Of a DNA stretch of 64,000 nucleotides, positions 51,592-64,000 are shown in pieces (the first letter of the stretch is position 1; each line of letters opens with the position of its first letter). The position numbers and the translations under genes are program-made. This DNA comes from Torpedo marmorata. Its lineage: Eukaryota. The notes beneath the pieces were generated by a model that did no database searches, had not been told where the DNA came from, and saw nothing but the letters and a program-made list of their open reading frames with translations. The stretch covers positions 183,520,001 to 183,584,000 of the forward strand of contig OZ360221.1 in the NCBI GenBank assembly GCA_977017645.1, read 5' to 3'.

Positions 51592-52546
51592 CATTTTATC
51601 ATTTCATACTTATGTTACATTGTAATTGTAATCACCATTAGTCTAGAGGCACCACGTATTACGCCTAAATACTGCATACACACATAGTTATAGCAGTTTA
51701 ATATAAATACTGCACACATATATATATATTTTTTCACAAAGCATTTATTTTGTGGGGGGGGAAGAGTATTATGTATATACGCCTGCATGCGTATAACGTC
51801 ATCACATCAGGCGTGATGATGTCCTCACTCATATATACTGTGTGTGGCGGGAGAACCATTTTAAATTTGTATTGAACGGTTAATGAAGCATCATGCCTTC
51901 GTCTGCAGTGTATTTCTAAACATAGAATACATGACAGTTTCAGGCTTGAGCCCTTCATCAAAGTATGATAAAATGCCGGCAGGCGTCCGAACAAAAGAGT
52001 GAGGGGGGGTGGCAAAGGCAGGAGATGATAGGTGGAGAAAGGAGGGAGGGGACAGCAGCAAAGAGGGGGAGGAGGGATGGCTGGGTGGGTGGAAAAAACT
52101 GGAAGGACAGGTAAGGGGGAGGGGAAAGAAAAGGCGAGCAGGTTTAGTGGAAAGCAGAAAAGTCAATGTTAATGCCATCTGGCTGGAGAGTGCCCAGACG
52201 GAAAATAAGATGTTGTTCCTCCAATTTGCAGGTAGTCTGGGTGGGATAGTACGTGACAGACATGTGAGTGTGGGAGTGTGACTCGGAATTGAAATGTCTG
52301 TCCATGGCCTTATGTACTATCCACAGAGAAGCTTTACATTAAAGATAATCTGCCATAGATTTCTTTAGTCACACCATAAGTTGTACCTTTGAGAACTGTG
52401 TGTTGAGATTGTGTGGGGAACGACAAGCTGGTGAGCCAAAAAGGATTCTGGAGGGATTCGAGAGACAGAATCCATCTCCATTTGGAAAGATAAGGACTGA
52501 TTCGGGATAGTCAACTTGAATTAGTTTATCAGAAATCATTTATCAC

Positions 52547-54443
52547 GACAAAACCTATTACTTCTTTAATACTGTTTTATTGAGAGAATATGGGGAAATA
52601 TCTGGTTATAAAATTAATTCTGATAAAAGTGAAATTATGGCATTAACACAAGGGGATTATAGTAAATGTAAAGAAATTACTCAATTTAAATGGTCAAAGG
52701 AAGGAATTAAATATTTGGGAATAAAGATCGATACAAAATTAACTAATCTACATAAATTAAATTATTTACCATTATTTATGAAAATTAAAAAAGATTTAGA
52801 AAGCTGGAAGGATTTACCTATAACTTTAATAGGAAGGGTAAATTGTATTAAAATGAATGTTTTTCCAAGAATTCAATATCTTTTTCAATCAATTCCTTAT
52901 GAAATTCCTCAAACTTTTAAAAGATTTAAATTTAATTATTAGGAAGTTTTTGTGGAAAGGAAAGTTGGCTAGAGTAGGTATGGAGAAGTTAACATGGAAA
53001 TATGAAATGGGTGGTTTACAACTTCCTAATTTTCAAAATTATTATAAAGCAGCTCAATTAAAATTTGTTAATGAATTGTTTGATTTAACTAAGTCTTCTG
53101 CTTGGATTAGAATAGAATTAAATAATATAGGAGAAGATTTGAAAGAAGAAGTTATTTATAAATGGAATTCTAAATTATTATTAGCAAGAGGGAAGAACTC
53201 TCCTATTTTTAAACATTTGTTAGCAATATGGAATAGAGTGGATAGGGAGATATGAGGGAAAGGGTTGATATCTCCAAAAATGCCTTTATATCAAAATAAA
53301 CTTATTCCATTTACTGTTGATAATCAATTATTTAAAATTTGGTTCCAAAAGGCAATTAAGAGAATAAATGATTGTTCTGAAGCTGGTAAATTTATTACTT
53401 TTCAAAGAATGAAAGATAAGTTTAATGTATTGAATAATACAATTTTCTTATTATCAAATTAGAGCATTTTTAGTTGGGAAGTTAGGCACAGTTTGACTTT
53501 ACCAAGACAGAGTGAACCAGAATTATTAGTTACTAACGGAGGTGTAAATAAATTTATTTCTCAAATGTATTGATTGTTTCAGAGAAAAATCCCTAAAGTA
53601 GGAATTCATAAATCAAGATTAAAATGGGAATCAGATTTGAATGTAACAATAGATGAAGAACATTGGAAAGAATTATGTAAACTAAGTATGATGAAGATTA
53701 TTAATGTTAGATATAGATTAGTTCAATATAATTTTTTCATCAATTATATTTAACGCCTAAAAAAATTAAAGAAATTTAATTCGACATTATCAGGATTATG
53801 TTTTAGATGTAATAGAGAGGAAGGTTCTTTTGTACATTCTACATGGTTTTATCTAAAGGTTTATGATTTTTGGTTGAAAGTTAAAAAGTTTTTAGATAAA
53901 GTATTAAAAATTACATTCCCAATGGACCCTATGATATTTTTGTTTGGAGATATTAAAAGAGTTAGTATTAAGATGAAATTAAATATGTATCAAATAGAAT
54001 TTTTGCGAATTGTATTGCTATTACATGGAAATCTGATGTAGATTTAGGGTTAGAGAGATGGAATGCAGAACTTCGTTCAGCTATACCATTTGAAAAAATT
54101 ACCTATAATTTACGTAATAAATATCATTTATTTTTGAAAATATGGAGCCCATATATGAAGGCTGTTGGTTTAAGGATTTGAAGATCTCTAGACATCGGAT
54201 CTGACTGGCGAACCTCCACAATAAAATTAGTTTATAGATGTGTTTTTTAGATTGACATTCTCCTTATTCTATCTTTTTCTTTCTTTTTTATTCTTACTTT
54301 AGTAGATTAGTAGGGATGGGAGGGTTAGGGTGGGGAGGGAGGGCGGTGGGTGAAAATGTATCACAAGTATTTTGATAATTTCATATTTTATTTTATGTAT
54401 TTTGTGATTTAAAATTTTAAATAAAATATTTAAAAAAAAAAAA
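52547..54443 (+). mobile_element. L1-clade LINE, 5'-truncated
   Basis: SGYKIN, YLGI, polyA; 16 bp TSD agaaatcatttatcac at 52531-52546 and 54444-54459. Confidence 0.93.
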
Positions 54444-55462
54444 AGAAATCATTTATCACTAATTTGATAGCGCTTTTTGAAGAAATTATCAAAAGGATTG
54501 ATAATGACAGGGTGGTAGATGTTGTCTGCATGTATTTTCAGGAAATCCTTGACAGGCCCAACACGGCATGCTGGTCTGAGAGGTTAGATCACATTGCATC
54601 CTGGCAATTGGATGAGCGAGGCAATCAAATAAAAATGGGCTTGGTGGTTGGAGTCAGAGGGTGGTGGTGGTGGAGGGTTATTTTTCGGAATGCAGGCCTG
54701 TGACCTGTAATGTGCAATCGGAATTGGTGCTGAGTTCTCTGGAATTTATCATACATATTAACAATTTGGAAGACAATGTAGATTGTCTCCATGTAGATGA
54801 CTCCAATGTAGATTGGTGGTGTAGTGGACAATGAAGAAGGTTGTCTGAGGTAACAAGTAGAACTAGATTATCTGGGAAAATGGGCCACAGAACAGCAGAT
54901 ATAACTTAACTCAGACAAGTGTGAAGTGATGTATTTTGGGAAGTTATTGATCAGGCAAGTGACTGAAGTGTTAGTGGGAGAGCACGTTGGAACCATAATT
55001 CTATTAGTTTTCAAATAGTTATTGGAGAAAGATAGGACTGGTCCACAAGTTGAAATCCTAAATTGGGGCAATGCTAATTTTGAAGACCAAGGCAACTGGG
55101 ATCAAGTTAATCCCTTGAAAAGTATAATAGATGTTGGACTACTCGCAAGATGGAAATCAGGAGGCAAGAAGAGGACGTGAGACAACTGTGGCAAATAAGG
55201 TAAAGGAGAATCCTAAAAGATTCTACAAGTATTTCACAAGCAAAAAGGTAACTAGGCAGAGAATAGATCACCTTAAAGATCCATATGGCCATCTTTGTGC
55301 AAAGCCACAGGAGATGGATTAAGTCCTGAATGAATATTTTTCTTCTATATTTACCATGGAAAAGATCACGTAAGCAATGGAATTAAGGGAAATGAACAGT
55401 AATACCTTGAAACATTTTCATGTTAGAAAAGATGAGGTGCTGACAGTCCTAAAGCACATTAA

Positions 55463-56897
55463 AAAAAAAAAAATTTATTTAAAAATTTTAAATCACTTGA
55501 TAATACATATTATAAAATGCAAAATTATCAAAATACATGTGATATATTTTCACCCTCCCCCCTCCCCCCCTTACTATTCTAATAAAAGAAAAAAGAAAAA
55601 AAGAAAGAAAGAAAAAGATAAAGTAAGGAGAATGTCAATCTAAAAAGAACACATATAAGCTAATTTTATTCTGGAACATCGGATCTGACTGGCGAACCTA
55701 TATCCAGAGATCTTCAAATCCTTAAACCGACAGTTTTTATTTGGGTTCCATATTTTCAAAAAGAAATAATATTTATTACGTAAATTATAAGTAATTTTTT
55801 CAAGTGGTATAGCTGAACGAAGTTCTGCATGCCATCTCTCTAACCCTAAATCTGCATCAGACTTCCATGTAATAGCAATGCATTTCTTTGAAACAGCTAA
55901 AGCAATTCGCAAAAATTCTATTTGATACATATTTCATCTCATTCTAATACTAATTCTTTTAATATCTCCAAACAAAAATATCATAGGATCCATTGGGAGT
56001 GTAATTTTTAATACTTTATCTAAAAACTTTTTAACTTTCAACCAAAAATCATATATCTTTGGACAAAGCCACATAGAGTGTACAAACGAATCTTCCTCTT
56101 TGTTACATCCAAAACATAAACCTGATAATGTCGGATTAAATTTCTTTAATTTCTTAGGTGTTAAATATAATTGATGCAAAAAGTTATATTGCACTAACCT
56201 ATATCTAACGTTAATAACCTTTGTCAAACTTTGTTTACATATTTCTTTCCAATGTTCCTCATCTATTGTTACATTCAAATCCGATTCCCATTTTAATCTT
56301 GATTTATGAATTCCTAGTTTAGGCATTTTTCTCTGAAACAATCTATACATTTGAGAAATAAATTTATTTATACCCCCATTAGTAACTAATAGTTCCAGTT
56401 CACTTTGTCTTGGCAAAATTGAATTATAACCCAACCTTTCAACTAAAAATACTCTAATTTGATAATAAGCAAAAAGTGTATTATATTATATTTATATTAT
56501 ATTATACATTATATTTCTCTTTCATCCTTTGAAAAGAAATAAATTTACTAGCTACAAAACAATCATTTATTTTTTTAATTCCTTTTTGAAACCAAATTTT
56601 AAATAATTGATTATCAATAGTAAATGGAATAAGTTTATTTTGATGTAAAGGCGTTTTTTGAGAAATTAACCCTTTCCCTCCTATCTCACGATCCACTTTA
56701 TTCCATATTTCTAATGTGCTTTAAAATAGGAGAGTAAAAACTCAAAATTATTATAAAGCAGCTCAACTAAAATTTATTAATGAAATATTTGATTTAGGGA
56801 TATCTTCTGCTTGGATTACAATAGAATTAAATAATATAGGAGAGGATTTGAAAGAAGAAGTTATTTATAAACAGAATTCTAAATTACTATTAAGAGG
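55463..56897 (-). mobile_element. L1-clade LINE with 5' inversion
   Basis: ORFs 55640-56696 on minus; 56740-56897 on plus; TSD agtcctaaagcacattaa at 55445-55462 and 56898-56915. Confidence 0.9.
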
Positions 56898-56947
56898 AGT
56901 CCTAAAGCACATTAAGGTGGATAAATACCTTAAGATGGTTAAATAGT

Positions 56948-58247
56948 AAAAAGAAAAATTCACCGATTATTAAACATTTATTGGATATATGGACAGAGGT
57001 AGATAAAAGAATAGGTGGGAAAGGTACGATTTCATTAAATATGCCAATATATCAAAATCCACTTTTACCGTTTTCTATGAATAATCAATTATTAAAAATA
57101 TGGTTTCAAAAAGGAATTAAAAATTTTAAAGATTGTTTTGAAGCTGGAAGATTTGTTACGTTTCAAAGACTGAAAGAAAAATTTGATATATTAGATAATA
57201 CATGGTTAGTTTATTATCAGATTAAAGCTTTTCTAGTTGAGAAATTAGGAGATAATTTGATTACTCCAAGATATAATGAGTTGGAATTATTAATTACTAA
57301 AACAAATATTAATAAGTTTATTTCTCAAATGTATAAATTATTTCAGAAAAAGATGCCTAAAGTAGGGTTACATAAATCAAGATTAAGATGGGAATTAGAT
57401 TTAAATATTAGTATAGATCAAAAACATTGGGAGGATTTATGTAAGTTAAGTATGACTAAAGTTATTAATGTTAGGTATAGATTGGTACAATATAATTTTT
57501 TTCATCAATTATACTTAACACCAAAAAAAACTAAAGAAATTTAATCCGGCATTGTCAGATTTGTGTTTTAGATGTAAGAATGAAGTAGGTTCTTTTGTTC
57601 ATTCTACATGGTTATGTCCTAAGATTCAAGATTTTTGGTTTAAAGTTAAGGATTTTTTAGAGAGAGTTTTTAATGTTAGGTTTTTATTGGACCCTATGTT
57701 ATTTTTATTTGGAGATATTAGAAAATTTAGTATTAGGAACAGATTGAATATGTATCAGGTAGAGTTTTTACGTATTGTTTTAGCGGTTTCAAAAAAATGT
57801 ATCGCTATTACTTGGAAATCAGATTTAGATTTGAATTTAGATAGATGGCATGCAGAACTTCGTTCATGTATTCCTTTGGAAAAAATTACCTATAATTTAC
57901 GGAATAAATATCATTTATTTTTAAAAATTTGGAGCCCATACATGAGGGTTATGGGTTTGAGGATTTGAAATTTTTGGGAACTAGGTCTATTGGCGAGTTT
58001 AACCTCCGGATTAGAATTAGTTTTTAGATGGCTCTCTCCTCATTATTAATCTCTTTCTCTTTTTCTCTTTTTTTCTTTATCTATTTTATTTTTAGCATAG
58101 TGGGATTGGGGGGTTGCGGAGGGGTGGGAGGGAGTGGGGGGAGGAAATTTATATCACTGTATTTTGGAATTATATATTTTGGATTTTGAATTATGTATTA
58201 TGTGATTTAAAAAATTTAAATAAAATAATAAAAAAAAAAAAAAAAAA
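56948..58247 (+). mobile_element. L1-clade LINE, 5'-truncated
   Basis: ORFs 56981-57968, polyA; TSD aagatggttaaatagt at 56932-56947 and 58248-58263. Confidence 0.93.
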
Positions 58248-59004
58248 AAGATGGTTAAATAGTGTTCTTAGAAAATTGTGGGAAGTGAGTGAAGAAAATG
58301 AAAAGACACTGGCAGAGGTATTTGCAATGTATTTAGTCATGGTTTAGGTACCAGAAGATTGGAAGGTAGCTCATGGTTGCCTTTATTTAAGAACAAGGAC
58401 AAGCCAGGGAACAATTGGCCAGCGAGCCTAACATAAATTGGGGGAAAGATACTTGAGGAATTTCTGAAGGATAAGATCTACCAGCATTTAAAAAGCAGGG
58501 AATGATTCAGGAATAATCAGCATAGTTTTGTGTGGGGGAAATCATGTTTCACAAATTGATTGAGGTTTTTGAATAAGTGACTAAGAGAATTGACAAGGGC
58601 AGTAGATGTTGTCTACATGGACATCGGCAACTCTTCTGACAAGGTTCAGCATGGTAGACTGGTCTGGATGATGAGGTCACATGGGATCCAGGGTGAGCTG
58701 GCCAATTGGCTTGGTGGAAGGAGTCCGCGTGTGCTAATGAGGGGTTATTTCTCAGATTGGCCACTAGTATGTGCTGCAGGTGCTGGGTCAACTTTTCTTT
58801 GTCATCCATATTAATGATTTGCAGTTGGCATGGTGAGTGCATTTGCAGAAGACACCAAACTTGGTGGTATAAAGGTCAGTAAAGAAGGTTATCTAAAATT
58901 ACTGCAGGATCCAGATTAACGTAGAAAGTGAGCCAAGGAGCTTCAGATAAATATGAAGTGATGGCTTTAGGTAGCTTTAACTAGGGTAGGACTTATATTG
59001 TAAA

Positions 59005-59433
59005 GAAGTAAAACACGAAAATCTGTAGACACCGTGATTGAAGTAAAAAACACAAATGCTAGAGAAACTCAGGAGGTCAAACAGTGTATTTTATGTAGCA
59101 AAGGTAGAAATACATAACCGACGTTTCGGGCTTGAGCCCTTCATCAAAGTATGAGAAAATGCCGGCAGGTGTCCGAACAAAAGAGTGAGGGGGGAAGGGG
59201 GAGTGGCAAAGGCAGGAGATGATAGGTGGAGAAAAGAGGGAGGGGACAGCAGCAAAGAGGGGGAGGAGGGATGGCTGGGTGGGTGGAAAAAAACTGAAAG
59301 GACAGGGAAGGGGGGAGGGGAAGGAAAAGACAAGCAGGTTTAGTAAAAGCAGAAAAGTCAATGTTAATGCCATCTGGCTGGAGAATTTATTCAGAAGTAA
59401 ATCACAAAAATCTGTAGACACCGTGGTTGAAGT
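59005..59433 (-). mobile_element. Penelope terminal repeat plus a partial tandem second copy
   Basis: Reverse complement of 5970-6348; its terminal ~40 bp is repeated at 59394-59433. Confidence 0.88.
59113..59153 (-). ncRNA. Minimal hammerhead ribozyme motif
   Basis: Reverse complement identical to 6201-6241. Confidence 0.7.
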
Positions 59434-60359
59434 CAGGTCCGGCAAAGTATTGTCAAACAAAGATTTTGGAGTGCAGCTCCTTGAAAGTGGTGACATAGAT
59501 AGGGTGATAAAGAAAGCATTTGGCATGTTTCATTGGTCAAGGAATTAAGCTCAGGAGTTGCAATGTCATGTTACAGCTGGACAAGACGTTGGGGAGTCCA
59601 GATGGAATACTGCATGCAGTTGTGATCATCAAGCTCTGGAAATAATAGCATTAAGCTGGAACGCGTGAAGAAAAGATTGACAAGGATGTTATCAGGACTG
59701 GAATGCCTGAGGCTGGATAGGGTGGGACCTTTTCTCTGGATGGTAGGATGCTGAGGGGTAACTTTCTTGAGGTGTATAAAATCATGAGAGGCATAGATAA
59801 AATGAATGGTAACAGTCTTTTTCCCAGGGTAGGTGATTTTAAAAGTAGGGGTCATTGATTTAAGGTTAGAAAGGAAAGATTTAAAAGGACCTGAGAGGCA
59901 ACCTTTTCACACAGAGGGTGGAAGGCATATTGAATAATCTACGAGGAACTTATAGAGTACAATTACAATGTTTAAAAGGCATCTGGACACGTACATGGAT
60001 AGAAAAGGTTTAGAGGAATATGGTCCAAAGACAGGCAAATGGGATGAGTCAGACAGTCAGTATTGATGTGTTGGGTCGAAGGGTCTGTTATGTGCTATGT
60101 AACTCTATGACTCTAATTTGACCTTGGAGCAGTAGAGAGGGTTCAATTCAGGAAGACAGAGGTGTTCAGGTGGGAATTCTGAAGGAGGAAGCAACAGTGG
60201 GATTTATGGAAGGTTGAAGAACCAGAAGGAACTATTTATAACTCAAGCACTGATTGGATGATGGGAAAGCATTTCAGTGGGGAGTATACTGAGGGAGCTG
60301 GAATGCACTATGAACATGAACATGAATGGTAAAACATGGACTATGAACATAAATGGTAA

Positions 60360-62098
60360 AACATGGCAATTCCGGAGGAAGCTAGAGACAGAGACAGATA
60401 CACGCCAACTATGGCAGGGAGTGCAGGCCATTACAGCCTACAAAGCGAGGGCGAACACTAGACGGCTGTGATGCTTCACTACCCGATGAGCTGAACACCT
60501 TCTCTGCCCGCTTTGAGAAGAAGAACAAAACAGTGCCTACTAGAATCCCTGAAAAGGCTGAGGATTCTGTGATATCTGTCTCTGAGGGCGATGTCAGAAC
60601 ATCATTCAAGAGGGTGAACCCTCGCAAGGCGTCAGGCCCTGACGGCGTACCTGGCAGGGTACTGAAAATCTGCGCCAACCAACTGGCTGGAGTGTTCACG
60701 GACATTTTCAAGCTCTCATTGCGGCAGTCACAGGTTTCCACCTGCTTCAAAAGGGCATCAATCATCCCGGTACCCAAGAAGAGTAGTGTGAGCTGCCTCA
60801 ACGACTACCGCCCAGTAGCAATAACTTCCACTGTGATGAAATGCTTTGAGAGGCTGGTCATGGCCAGAATTAACACGTACCTAAGCAAAGATCTGGACCC
60901 ACTGCAATTCGCCTATCGTCACAATCGCTCCACAGCAGATGCAATATCGCTGGCTCTCCACTTAGCTCTGGATCACCTCGAAAACAACAATTCATACATA
61001 CGGCTGCTCTTCATCGACTACAGCTCGGCCTTCAATACCATTATTCCCTCAGTGCTGGTCAAGAAACTACAAACTCTAGGCCTCTGTACCCCCCTCTGCA
61101 ACTGGATCCTTGACTTTCTCATCGGAAGACCACAGTCAGTACGAATTGGAAACAACGTCTCCTCCTCACTGATTATCAACACAGGCACACCCCAAGGATG
61201 CGTCTTAGTCCACTGCTCTACTTGTTATACACCCATGACTGTGTGGCCAGGCACAATTCCAATGCCATCTACAAGTTTGCCGTTGACACCACAGTTGACG
61301 GCAGAATCACAAACGGCAATGAGGAAGCGTACAGGAGGGAGATAGATCAGCTCATTGAATGGTGTAATGGCAACAACCTTGAGCTCAACGTCAGCAAAAC
61401 CAAGGAGATGATTGTGGACTTCAGGAGGAAGTCAGGGGAACATGACCCAGTCGTCATTGAGGGCTCAGTGGTGGAGAGGGTCAAGAACTTCAAATTCCTG
61501 GGTGTCAACATCTCCGAGGATCTGTCCTGGAGCATCCACATTGATGCAATCACAAAGAAGGCTCGTCAGCGGCTATACTTTGTGAGGTGTCTGCGGAGAT
61601 TCGGTATGTCACCAAAGACTCTCGTAAACTTCTGCAAGTGTACCGTTGAGAGCATTCTGGCTGGTTGCATCACAGCCTGGTATGGAGGCGCCAACTCCCA
61701 GGACAAGAGTAAACTCCAGAGGGTTGTTAACTCGGCCTGTGACATCACAGGCACCAAACTTCAATCAATCGAGGACATGTACATGAGGCGGTGTCTTAAA
61801 AAAGCAGCCTCTATCCTCAAGGACCCCCACCACCCAGGCCATGCCCTCTTCACTCTGCTTCCATCGGGAAAAAGGTACAGGAGCCTAAAGACGAGCACTC
61901 AACGGCACAAGGACAGCTTCTTCCCTGCTGCCATCAGATTCCTGAATAATCACTGCCTTACTTTTCGTGCACTATTGTTTATAATTTTTTATAGTAATGT
62001 CGTAAGATGGTTAATATGAATGTTAATTGCACTATGATGCTGCCGCAAAACACCGAATTTCATGACTTGTTCATGACAATAAATTCTGATTCTGATTC
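60360..62098 (+). mobile_element. Rex1/Babar LINE, 1.7 kb 3' part
   Basis: [34 protein letters not shown] (ORFs 60533-62019); tail gacaataaattctgattctgatt. Confidence 0.93.
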
Positions 62099-62859
62099 GG
62101 AAGATAGACTAGTTTAGGATGAGGGTGTAAAACTGGGGTTACGATATAAGATTGAACTCATTGCAAGAGAAGTTTCTGCACCGGAGGTGAACATGTCCAT
62201 AAATCTTCTGCAAACTGAAGATAATTGCATTATAATAACATATTAAGTGACTTTCCAATCTAATTGCATTAACCTATGCATGTTTTGCTTTGAAAATTAC
62301 TGAAAGAAATCTGAAGAAAAATTATGTTACAATTAAACAGTAGACTATCATAAGTTATAGTTTATTACCTTGACTGAGGAGATTGATACAACACGGGAAC
62401 AAAATAAAATGTTGCTTGTGGCAATTTAACATTGCAGAAAGATTTGACACAGAAAAAAATTGAAAACTATTATCGGGCAAAGAAATAAAAGCAATTGCTT
62501 TGTTATTTAAACAATGTCCTTTCACAATGTAATGGGACTTATTTTAAACCAGTCAGAAGTGATCAAAATGATCACTTGAGGAAAAGGAACCCAATTAAAT
62601 TTATAATGATAAAATAGGAAGCAAAAGACAACAGGAACTGTCAAAAAAAAGGGGGAAGAGGGCACAGAATAATATTGATATTTTTCTAACACTATTAATG
62701 TAACTTTGCACTGTTATGTATGAGAATCAAATTTAAAAAGTCTGTCAGCTCAAGCAAGTTGAGACCGCAGACAAGGAGGATACAGAAGTGAGGGAGAGAC
62801 AGTTATAGAAAAGTGAAGGTATCGGGCTAGAAGTTGGCAGGAAAAGGGAAGAGTTGGTG

Positions 62860-63355
62860 AGGAAATATATTGGGTCCTGGTAAGACGGCACCTGGAATAT
62901 TATGTACAGGGTTGGCATGCCTACGAGAGGAAGAATCTATGTGCGATAAAGGGGGTACACTCAAACGTTCAGAGTGTAGATTCCTAGGATGGGGAGATTT
63001 TGTATGAGAAGATAGTCTGTGCCTACGTTCTCTTCAAGTTTAGAAGTATGAAAGATACTCCCATTGAAACACACAAAATTCTCAGGTGGCTTGCCAGAGT
63101 CGATGCAGGTAAGATGTTTTCCCAGCCAGGGTATCTGGAACAGAAGTCACAGTCTCAGAATAAAAGAGATGGCCGTTTAGACCTTCACCAAGAGGGAAAT
63201 AATTTTGTCGAATTCTTCTCACGAGGGCTATCGAGGCTCAGTCGCTGAGTATATGCAAAACAGAGATTAATACATATTAAAAGTAAAGGAAAGAGATGCT
63301 GAGGTAAATGGCAGAGCCAAATGCACTACTCCTGCCTCTATTTCTTACATCCTTA
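62860..63355 (+). mobile_element. Old CR1 3' fragment
   Basis: cacctggaatatt..cag, attgaaacacacaaaattctc, ctactcctgcctctatttctta. Confidence 0.7.
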
Positions 63356-64000
63356 AGATGGTAAGGAACTGGTGTGAGACATGCAAGTGATTACTCAATG
63401 ATTCAAACATGTGTTTTGCTTAAAAATGCATTTGAAAAGTGATTGTGAAAAGGAAAATTCAAACAAGGTAGATATGCTTGTGAAAACCAAACAAAGCTAG
63501 TGAGGGGTGTCAAAATAAGATATCCAGCTCATTCTAAATCTTACATAACTGGGAAGCCAAGAACCTAAAGGAGGAAAAAGACCAATATAATTTAATGGAT
63601 GGCAGTTTGTTGACTTTCTAGAATTGATCAATGAAGCTCAAATAACCAGTTTGGGGGAAAGAATGAGATGAAAACATTGCTTTGGTCTGACAAAAGTTGT
63701 ATTGGCTGCTGGGAATGATAAAGAGCATGAGTGGCGGCGAACTTCTCGGTTTAATCACTGCACATGGTGAGGTTGCAATGTCAGGACATTCATTTAGTGT
63801 CCATTGCATAAGGAACGGTCCAACCCCCTTGTGATCACTCAGTTTCATGCAGTAACAGGAGTCACAGAAGCACGGAAAACCATCCTTTGACTTACCAAGT
63901 CAGTGTTCATCAGAAATCATCCTGTTCTACTAAACCAAAACCACTCCCATTTTAGGTTCATGATCATCGAATCATAAAGTAGAGAACCAGGTCCTTCCTC

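Larger units (their letters stand above)
48787..51936 (+). mobile_element. Gypsy/Ty3 LTR retrotransposon, internally deleted and inverted
   Basis: 170 bp LTRs at 48787-48956 and 51767-51936, PBS, PPT at about 51754-51766, TSD atttc/gtttc. Confidence 0.93.
48665..52325 (-). mobile_element. Penelope 3' end/terminal repeat split by a Gypsy insertion
   Basis: 48665-48786 and 51937-52292 rejoin to the reverse complement of about 5855-6348. Confidence 0.88.
52440..60115 (+). mobile_element. Old CR1 fragments (at least two elements) split by three L1s and a Penelope repeat
   Basis: VDVVCMYFQ, KVKENPKRFYKY, VDVVYMD; 3' end gggtcgaagggtctgtt..ctctatgactcta. Confidence 0.75.

Overview
Eukaryotic (vertebrate) non-genic or intronic DNA made up mostly of nested transposable elements. 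No host protein-coding exon, rRNA/tRNA gene or CRISPR array could be supported. The repeat set (HE1-like V-SINE, HER1/CR1 LINEs, AT-rich L1-clade LINEs, Rex1/Babar LINEs, Neptune-type Penelope elements) points to a cartilaginous fish; this is inference. Main contents: (1) a ~3 kb Penelope-like element (RT + GIY-YIG) whose terminal repeat carries a minimal hammerhead-ribozyme motif, plus several terminal-repeat remnants; (2) a near full-length CR1 preceded by a 6 x 81 bp tandem array; (3) an internally inverted Gypsy LTR element inserted in the hammerhead core of a Penelope repeat and itself interrupted by a solo LTR at its YLDD motif; (4) 5S-derived SINE3 copies and a ~850 bp GC-rich non-coding retroposon family whose 3' tails resemble Rex1; (5) hAT, Harbinger-like and Tigger-like MITEs; (6) a ~195 bp inverted repeat pair in a TE-poor island. 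Coordinates were read by eye; boundaries of old elements are approximate.
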